Position numbers and translations under genes: made by a program. From a virus (Duplodnaviria; Caudoviricetes), in IMG/VR virus record IMGVR_UViG_3300035135_002682, positions 1-35,264 of that record: 35,264 nucleotides of DNA; one strand, written 5' to 3'. Positions 30,128-35,264 of the stretch are shown piece by piece. How positions within the stretch are numbered: the first letter of the stretch is position 1; every line of letters begins with the position of its first letter. Below the pieces are notes generated by a model, which made no database searches, was not told the origin of the DNA, and saw nothing but the letters and a program-made list of their open reading frames with translations.

Positions 30128-32104
30128 TTACTTCCTCTCTAGTGCTCCGTTTGAATAACTTGAAGTATAGTAATCTCTTGCAAAAGATACGCCACTAATA
30201 TCTTCACCAGATGCTATGACATCTTTAACGGTATTTATCCTACTATTTGAAACATCCAAATTCAAATATAGATCCTTAAGACCAATCACATCGTTAGAAT
30301 CTGGGAATGCTTGAACCTCAATAATACCATTTGGTTCAACAGTTGAAGTGATATTGATTGTATTCAAAACAACTTCACCCTTTTCATAATCAACTGTTCC
30401 AGCATCTTTAACAACAACTATTCTCTGTCCAGCTCCAGTAACTTTAACAACAGAAAGAACACCTTTCTTGATATCAAGAGTTGAAGGTCTGCTAAGATAC
30501 ACTTGACCCGCTGCTTGAGCGTTCGTTACTGTGTTTTGCCCAGTGCCAACTGTTGGAGCATCTGTCAGAAATACTGTTGAACTCTCTCCAGCAATCGTAA
30601 ATCCAGTAGATTTAATGTTCATACCATTTGGTTTTACATTAAACTTATTTCCAAAACACAATTCATATTGAGCAAACTGATTCAATAATGCCTTCATATC
30701 TCTTCTAATTTTTATCTTAGTAATATTAGAAGTAATAGCATTATCAACTCTATCAATTAATTGAAGAATCTTACTATACTTAAATCGACCACCAAATCGA
30801 TTCATATCAACATCTTTAGAGTATGTTGTGAGTGCATTTGTAACTCTGGTCTTCAAATCACTTGCATTACTGATTTTTGAAGTGTCAAAGTAAATTGTTG
30901 AGTCAAGTTCAACGTGAAGAACTTTAAGATCAATAATTGTTTGATTAATACCAGCAATAGAGTATTTTTTCAGTTGATTTAGAATATTTTGTTTATCAAA
31001 ATCAGAAATATATGAACCATTTTTGGGTTTGATACTAATTTGAACTGTTCCAAACTTCGGTGGCACTAATTCTTCACCACCAACTACCGCAACAGACTCA
31101 GTATTTGGGTAAATCGATGAAATAATTGCCTCATAGTCCCTTGCTGTAACCGCTCTGTACTGTGCGGAGTATAATCTTGGGGCAAAGTACTTGATAGATG
31201 ATACATCTTCGATTTCACCGCCATTTATCGCCCTCTGAACGGTTGTTAAAGGCACTGAACCCGTAGGAGTGCTTCTAATTCCGTTTTCATCGCTTAAATT
31301 TCCTTGAAAATCGAAGGTGTCGGGTCCATTTCCTGCCTCACCATCAGTAATAATGTATCTTACAGTGATAACAGAGTTATTTTCCAACTTTTTGCCGAAA
31401 TATCCATCACCAAACAGCAATTCATACCTTTCATCAGCAACTTCTTGGACCAAATAGACCTCAGATGCCTTATTAATGTTCAAAATGTTATCAATCTTGG
31501 AAAATTCTCTTCCAAGACCAGTATCATTCACACCTTTGACGTATGTTCTGATGGATGAAGCATCAATATCTGGATTATCAAGGATAAAACGCTGATCTTG
31601 GGCGTTATTCACCAAGAATTGCTTGGTTAAAAGAGTTCCTTGATAGATTTCAATGGGAGAATCTGCTGTACCAAAAACTGCAGCGTTGTTTTTTACGCTT
31701 GCAGTGATATTTTCGGGTATTGAGAAGCGATATGAGGTGTTATCATAGGGTCCAACAGCAACCAAACCAGCATTTAACGTTAAAGTTTTGCTTGAAGTGG
31801 TGGTTGGAACTGTAAATGTTACGTGTGCTCTCGCTGCACTCTTAGATCTAGGGACATATCCAATGTTTCTTGCTAACGAAACCACATTTTCACGGACTGT
31901 CGCTCCATCCAGGAACGATTCATTGACCGCTAGGTTCGTATTGAATGCGTTTATATACGTGTTATACGCTAAAGTGTCAATTAAGACGGAGAAATTAGAT
32001 CCTTCAAAGTCAAAATCCGTGAAATTTGAATTAGCACGGAGATATCCTTTGATCTCTGCCTTAATTTGATCGAAATCTAGGTTAGTAAACTGTGTAAAAG
32101 GCAT
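30128..32104 (-). CDS. gp6: Baseplate wedge subunit
   Basis: LDFDQIK...FTDFDFEGSNFSVLIDTLAYNT, SLARNIGYVPRS, FGDGYFG and RAVTARDY motifs. Confidence 0.96.
   Translation of the reverse strand: MPFTQFTNLDFDQIKAEIKGYLRANSNFTDFDFEGSNFSVLIDTLAYNTYINAFNTNLAVNESFLDGATVRENVVSLARNIGYVPRSKSAARAHVTFTVPTTTSSKTLTLNAGLVAVGPYDNTSYRFSIPENITASVKNNAAVFGTADSPIEIYQGTLLTKQFLVNNAQDQRFILDNPDIDASSIRTYVKGVNDTGLGREFSKIDNILNINKASEVYLVQEVADERYELLFGDGYFGKKLENNSVITVRYIITDGEAGNGPDTFDFQGNLSDENGIRSTPTGSVPLTTVQRAINGGEIEDVSSIKYFAPRLYSAQYRAVTARDYEAIISSIYPNTESVAVVGGEELVPPKFGTVQISIKPKNGSYISDFDKQNILNQLKKYSIAGINQTIIDLKVLHVELDSTIYFDTSKISNASDLKTRVTNALTTYSKDVDMNRFGGRFKYSKILQLIDRVDNAITSNITKIKIRRDMKALLNQFAQYELCFGNKFNVKPNGMNIKSTGFTIAGESSTVFLTDAPTVGTGQNTVTNAQAAGQVYLSRPSTLDIKKGVLSVVKVTGAGQRIVVVKDAGTVDYEKGEVVLNTINITSTVEPNGIIEVQAFPDSNDVIGLKDLYLNLDVSNSRINTVKDVIASGEDISGVSFARDYYTSSYSNGALERK
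30232..30238 (-). promoter_or_regulatory. Late promoter (ATAAATA) in the 3' end of gp6, upstream of gp7
   Basis: ATAAATA about 108 nt upstream of the gp7 ATG. Confidence 0.5.
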
Positions 32105-32107
32105 TTT

Positions 32108-32509
32108 TTATCGCGTTGCCTCTAGTAAGAATGAAAAACTTTGTGTTGGAATATCCAATCCAACGATATCGAAGAACACATTACAATCAAAACTGTTATC
32201 ATCAGGTCTAGGATCAACCTGAACCTTCAAATTTTCAATTCTAGGTTCGTAATATTCAACAGTATTTCTGATTTGTTCCTCAACAACGAGAGCAGTACCT
32301 ATATCTACAAACTCAAAAAGGCTCCCACGAACGTCGGAGCCTAATGTTGCGTTAAAAAACCGCTCAGTTGGAATTGTTTCAACTAAATTACGCACAGATC
32401 TAATGATCGCACGTTCATTTATCAGCACAGGTAGATCCTTTGTCACCGGATGTGGGTCAAAGGAGAAGCTGATATCTTTAAATGCTCTGGAAATCCTCCG
32501 AGTCGGCAT
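32108..32509 (-). CDS. gp25: Baseplate wedge subunit (GPW/gp25 family)
   Basis: FKDISFSF..HPVTKD, AIIRSVRNLVET...ERFF...GS and YEPRI motifs; lies directly upstream of gp6. Confidence 0.95.
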   Translation of the reverse strand: MPTRRISRAFKDISFSFDPHPVTKDLPVLINERAIIRSVRNLVETIPTERFFNATLGSDVRGSLFEFVDIGTALVVEEQIRNTVEYYEPRIENLKVQVDPRPDDNSFDCNVFFDIVGLDIPTQSFSFLLEATR

Positions 32510-32533
32510 TACTATGGTACATTTTTCTGAATT

Positions 32534-32541
32534 TATTTATA
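32534..32541 (-). promoter_or_regulatory. T4 late promoter TATAAATA upstream of gp25
   Basis: Exact consensus 24 nt upstream of the gp25 ATG. Confidence 0.85.
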
Positions 32542-32544
32542 CCT

Positions 32545-32691
32545 CTACTTGGGATTTTGCTCTTCTGGTGTTAATTCTTCTGCGTCGTCGTTTGTTTGGC
32601 GTGGTTTGGTCCAATAATCTGTGATCAATGATGTGGTTCCCCACATCCGATACATGTATTCGGTGTCACGATCTACGTGATACTTTGACAT
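32545..32691 (-). CDS. Small hypothetical peptide (48 aa)
   Basis: Below the ORF-track size cutoff. MSKYHVDRDTEYMYRMWGTTSLITDYWTKPRQTNDDAEELTPEEQNPK; strong SD AAGGAG upstream; fills the gap on the coding strand. Confidence 0.75.
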   Translation of the reverse strand: MSKYHVDRDTEYMYRMWGTTSLITDYWTKPRQTNDDAEELTPEEQNPK

Positions 32692-32695
32692 TGTT

Positions 32696-32754
32696 GCTCC
32701 TTTTTGTAAAAAACGGAACTTTTTGAGGGGTTACTATCCCTGAGTAACTATTTA
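32696..32754 (-). promoter_or_regulatory. Late promoter TAAATA (32749-32754) followed by a structured 5' leader that sequesters the SD of the 48-aa ORF
   Basis: Minus strand reads TAAATA-GTTACTC-AGGG ATAGTAAC CCCT-CAAAAA-GTTCC G TTTTT TAC AAAAA GGAGC-AACA-ATG. Confidence 0.5.
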
Positions 32755-32877
32755 CTCTGCCAGATCCTGTGGACCTTCATCTTCATCAGTGTTTTTATTA
32801 TCACCAACGACTTCACGAATCAACTTTTCGTGTTGTTTTGCTGCTAGATTATCCAAAAAATCATTGTTCGGATCCAT
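32752..32877 (-). CDS. Small acidic hypothetical peptide (41 aa)
   Basis: Start at ATG 32877 with SD AGGAGG: MDPNNDFLDNLAAKQHEKLIREVVGDNKNTDEDEGPQDLAE. The longer start in the ORF track overlaps the upstream gene. Confidence 0.7.
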   Translation of the reverse strand: MDPNNDFLDNLAAKQHEKLIREVVGDNKNTDEDEGPQDLAE

Positions 32878-33538
32878 TTGATTCCTCCTGTAGACGTTCT
32901 TTTGCTGTTTTCCAATGATATTCATCTTCACGCCCCATACCAAGGCGTTCAAAACCATTTTCAACTTGATAATATTGCGTTGAAACCTTAAAATCGGGCA
33001 TTTTAGGATCAACAGGTGTCAAACTATTATCATAAATTCGTAATCGATTGTTAGGATACAGAGCATATTGCCCATTCTCCAGTTCAATTAAGTTATGAGA
33101 CTTATGTTCAGCGGGATTTTCACTAGTTGCCCAATCAACATAATCAGGATCATGATGATAGTTATCAATCGTGCAGACATAACTGCCTTTTACATTACCA
33201 TGATCACGAGTATAACATTCAAAGTCCATACTACCAATGAACTTTTTATCAACACTTACCACACCATAATCCATACAATTCCAGAATTGAAGGTTAGGTA
33301 GATTCATATCTGGTGTTGGTAGTTCAGGATCCGAGAGAAAAGCGGATATTGGCAATTTATCATACATTGCCGCATATTCTGGTAAGTAGGTTTCAAAATA
33401 AAAAGCACGCCCAGGAATCGATTTAACCGATACCCAGACGCCCTTTACAAATTCGCCGTGTCCAGATTGATGATCTGTAAGATATTCTTTACGAACCCAT
33501 ACTTCCATTGAAGGAAGATTAGCAATCAAGCACGCCAT
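32861..33538 (-). CDS. Hypothetical protein (225 aa), cyanophage-type
   Basis: Long ORF on the coding strand with an aromatic-rich globular sequence (WVRKEYL, YDKLPISAF, EHKSHN, GQYALYPNNR); function not recognised. Confidence 0.85.
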   Translation of the reverse strand: MACLIANLPSMEVWVRKEYLTDHQSGHGEFVKGVWVSVKSIPGRAFYFETYLPEYAAMYDKLPISAFLSDPELPTPDMNLPNLQFWNCMDYGVVSVDKKFIGSMDFECYTRDHGNVKGSYVCTIDNYHHDPDYVDWATSENPAEHKSHNLIELENGQYALYPNNRLRIYDNSLTPVDPKMPDFKVSTQYYQVENGFERLGMGREDEYHWKTAKERLQEESNGSEQ

Positions 33539-33557
33539 AAACTTTATACAACTTTAC

Positions 33558-33704
33558 TTATTTACCTTGCCCACGATACATCTTCTTTGCGTTATTGCGA
33601 GACGTCGCGGCAAACTTAGTATTTTTTCCCTGTCCCTGACGAGTTTTCTTGGGAGTTGACTCGATCATTTTCTCACCAGAAAGACCGACTTTAGAACGTG
33701 CCAT
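33558..33704 (-). CDS. Small basic peptide ending YRGQGK (48 aa)
   Basis: Manual translation: MARSKVGLSGEKMIESTPKKTRQGQGKNTKFAATSRNNAKKMYRGQGK; AAGG upstream of the ATG. Confidence 0.8.
   Translation of the reverse strand: MARSKVGLSGEKMIESTPKKTRQGQGKNTKFAATSRNNAKKMYRGQGK
33559..33564 (-). promoter_or_regulatory. Possible late promoter TAAATA upstream of the 225-aa gene
   Basis: TAAATA overlaps the stop codon of the YRGQGK ORF, 20 nt before the next ATG. Confidence 0.45.
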
Positions 33705-33713
33705 AATGTACCT

Positions 33714-33878
33714 TTAGAACTTAGTGATGTTTGTTTTAAGATTTTGAGGGTTTGGAGAACCTTTCTGATAATACTCTATCGAAAGGTCCTCCATAATATC
33801 AAAGTATTCCTCCTGAGTCAAGTTCTTATAAAGCACCTGACCCTTATGGAGAATTGTATACCTTTCTTTGTTTGACAT
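33714..33878 (-). CDS. Small hypothetical protein (54 aa)
   Basis: TGATG overlap with the glycosyltransferase stop: MSNKERYTILHKGQVLYKNLTQEEYFDIMEDLSIEYYQKGSPNPQNLKTNITKF. Confidence 0.75.
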   Translation of the reverse strand: MSNKERYTILHKGQVLYKNLTQEEYFDIMEDLSIEYYQKGSPNPQNLKTNITKF

Positions 33879-34633
33879 CAGATTACGCGAGTTTTTTCGT
33901 GACCAACGCGAATGCGAGGATCACACCAAATCTCAAATCCTGCTTCCTTTGCATCCAAACAGAAACTTACATCTTCTCCACACATATCCTGAACTTCACC
34001 AGATTCAAAGACCTGCATCTTAGGAGCAAACCATGGATATGGCATACCTTCATGTTCAAATACACCATTCTTGATTAGCAACCAACCAAATCCTGCATAA
34101 TCAACAGTGAATGGTTTACGACGCTTGGCAATACTCTCAAGTGTTTCATGATTCATGACTCCACCATTACCACGGAAGTCTTCTTCATCCATCCAATGTG
34201 CAACAGATGTGGTTTGACCATCTTCAGTGCAATACCATCCAGATGCAATATCCTTATCCATCAATACCAATTGATAGAATTTTTCAGTGTTAAACACAAT
34301 ATCACTATCAATCCATAATTGATAATCATAATTCAGTTTACCATCCCAAGGTTTCTGATCAGGACCACGGAGAACATTAGCACCCAAACACTTACAACGG
34401 GCGAAGTTCACCATGGAACTATAATCTTGTGAGATCTGAATAGATGCTCCGTTCTGAACAAGATCAAAACATAGTTGAACAAAGTTCTTCAAATATGTGT
34501 ATGATACTCCTCTACCAGGTAAACAAAAGACTACTGTCTTTCCTTTTACCATCTCTCTTGCTTTGGCATAATCCCATTCAGGTTCTTTGGTCGCTGTGGG
34601 CGCTTTTGCCTTTACTGTAAATCCTTTAGCCAT
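33878..34633 (-). CDS. GT-A fold (GT2-like) glycosyltransferase
   Basis: DxD motif in QLWIDSDIVF; GFGWLLIK; acceptor-site GEDVSFC; C-terminal VGHEK. Confidence 0.8.
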   Translation of the reverse strand: MAKGFTVKAKAPTATKEPEWDYAKAREMVKGKTVVFCLPGRGVSYTYLKNFVQLCFDLVQNGASIQISQDYSSMVNFARCKCLGANVLRGPDQKPWDGKLNYDYQLWIDSDIVFNTEKFYQLVLMDKDIASGWYCTEDGQTTSVAHWMDEEDFRGNGGVMNHETLESIAKRRKPFTVDYAGFGWLLIKNGVFEHEGMPYPWFAPKMQVFESGEVQDMCGEDVSFCLDAKEAGFEIWCDPRIRVGHEKTRVI

Positions 34634-34671
34634 AATTAGGTCAAGTTTGAATTTGAATCGATTCAGTATTA

Positions 34672-34700
34672 ATTATACTCTATTATAATAACAGAGTCAA
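34672..34700 (-). promoter_or_regulatory. Sigma70-type early promoter for the glycosyltransferase operon
   Basis: TTGACT (34700-34695), 17-nt spacer, TATAAT (34677-34672). Confidence 0.85.
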
Positions 34701-34891
34701 TTGTTTAGATCGGTTATTACGATAGCATCACCATCTACTTCCATATTAATCTCTGTACCTTCATACCATCCATACTCGGAGATAATCCACTCGGGCACTT
34801 TGATCACATACTCACCAGTTACAGAATCAACCTCTACGGTGGTGAAATTTTCTCCGGGATTTTTTTGCATACTAGGTATTTCTATTTCCAT
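34697..34891 (-). CDS. AbrB/MazE/SpoVT-like small DNA-binding protein
   Basis: GEYVIKVPEWIISEYGWYEGTEINMEVDGDAIVI fits the swapped-hairpin pattern (hxhPxxhxxxhGhxxGxxhxhxhxxxxhhh). The start could alternatively be the ATG at 34870. Confidence 0.75.
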   Translation of the reverse strand: MEIEIPSMQKNPGENFTTVEVDSVTGEYVIKVPEWIISEYGWYEGTEINMEVDGDAIVITDLNN

Positions 34892-34984
34892 TTTTGTTTT
34901 ATATAGAAAAGTGCAGAGTTGTATAAAGACCTGCCCAAAGCAAGACTTTATAGATTAGGGAAGTTAGGCGTTTTTATATACACA

Positions 34985-35024
34985 CGCGCCAGGGCGCGGC
35001 AACGCCCCCACGGGGGGCACTGCC
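34985..35024 (-). other. GC-rich tandem inverted repeats (hairpins) in the intergenic region
   Basis: Minus strand: GGCAGTGCCCCC-CGT-GGGGGCGTTGCC (12-bp stem with 2 G-U pairs, 35024-34998), adjacent to CGCGCC-CT-GGCGCG (34998-34985). Confidence 0.75.
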
Positions 35025-35045
35025 AAACCACGAACCCAGCACTGC

Positions 35046-35264
35046 TCAGAAGGCGCACTCCAGGGGGGAGTATGCGCGGCGCTCTGCCAGGCGATCACGG
35101 GCGGCAGCAGCACGGTCGGCGCGATACTGTGCCTTGGCACGCTTCACAGTGCCGTCCAGGTCTGCCACCATGGAAGCACCCAGCCCCCGTGCTTTCGTAA
35201 AGGTCATGCCGCTGCCGCTGCTAGCACGAAGGGCGATGCCCTTGGTGTTGGTGTCGGTGCTGCG
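35046..35264 (-). CDS. 3' end of a GC-rich hypothetical protein (partial)
   Basis: Open frame from the window end to TGA at 35046: RSTDTNTKGIALRASSGSGMTFTKARGLGASMVADLDGTVKRAKAQYRADRAAAARDRLAERRAYSPLECAF; many G/C-ending codons. Confidence 0.7.
   Translation of the reverse strand, partial: RSTDTNTKGIALRASSGSGMTFTKARGLGASMVADLDGTVKRAKAQYRADRAAAARDRLAERRAYSPLECAF

Noticed and set aside
32720-32745. Calling the leader a canonical preQ1-I riboswitch
   Set aside because: The loop is shorter, lacks the leading U, and the 3' tail pairing differs; no queuosine-related gene lies downstream. Kept only as an unclassified structured leader.
32878-33012. N-terminal extension of the 32752..33012 ORF
   Set aside because: It overlaps the 225-aa gene out of frame; the ATG at 32877 with AGGAGG is the plausible start.
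7619-33301. Numerous 60-140 aa plus-strand and off-frame ORFs inside structural genes, including 16378..16683-
   Set aside because: They lie within long recognisable genes, have atypical composition and show no recognisable motifs.
34697-34891. Toxin-antitoxin module built on the AbrB/MazE-like gene
   Set aside because: The downstream gene is a glycosyltransferase with its own promoter; no MazF- or VapC-like toxin is adjacent.
34985-35024. Rho-independent terminator or tRNA
   Set aside because: No U-tract directly follows the stems on either strand, and there is no cloverleaf or T-loop motif.
34919-35200. 93-aa plus-strand ORF
   Set aside because: It crosses the hairpin region and is antisense to a better minus-strand frame; stop codons are rare in GC-rich DNA.
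1-35264. CRISPR array, rRNA, tRNA, IS element or alternative genetic code
   Set aside because: No regularly spaced repeats, RNA gene signatures or transposase were seen; TAA, TAG and TGA all terminate genes normally.

Overview
35.3 kb segment of a T4-like (Kyanoviridae-type) marine cyanomyovirus genome, densely coding and entirely on the minus strand. Read in transcription order (right to left): the 3' end of a GC-rich gene and a GC-rich double hairpin; an AbrB-like gene; a GT-A glycosyltransferase with its own consensus sigma70 promoter; five small or medium hypothetical genes; then the late virion module gp25-gp6-gp7 (4576 aa)-gp8-VrlC/DUF4815-like protein (2490 aa), two small ORFs (one NblA-like), a fibre cassette, gp13-gp14-gp15-gp16, and an open-ended modular ORF (1269 to below 1) that the ORF track missed. 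T4-type late promoters (TATAAATA/ATAAATA/TAAATA) punctuate the module. The most interesting signals are: (i) the ORF after gp16, which reads as a string of basic, Cys-containing mini-modules separated by hydrophobic-X-Glu sites, suggesting a polyprotein cut by the prohead protease; (ii) a compact structured leader (mini hairpin or pseudoknot plus an SD-sequestering hairpin) in front of a 48-aa peptide; (iii) an NblA-like ORF inside the structural operon; (iv) a structured boundary element at the abrupt GC shift. No tRNA, CRISPR array, intron, intein or mobile element was recognised. All family assignments come from reading the sequence; no database searches were run.
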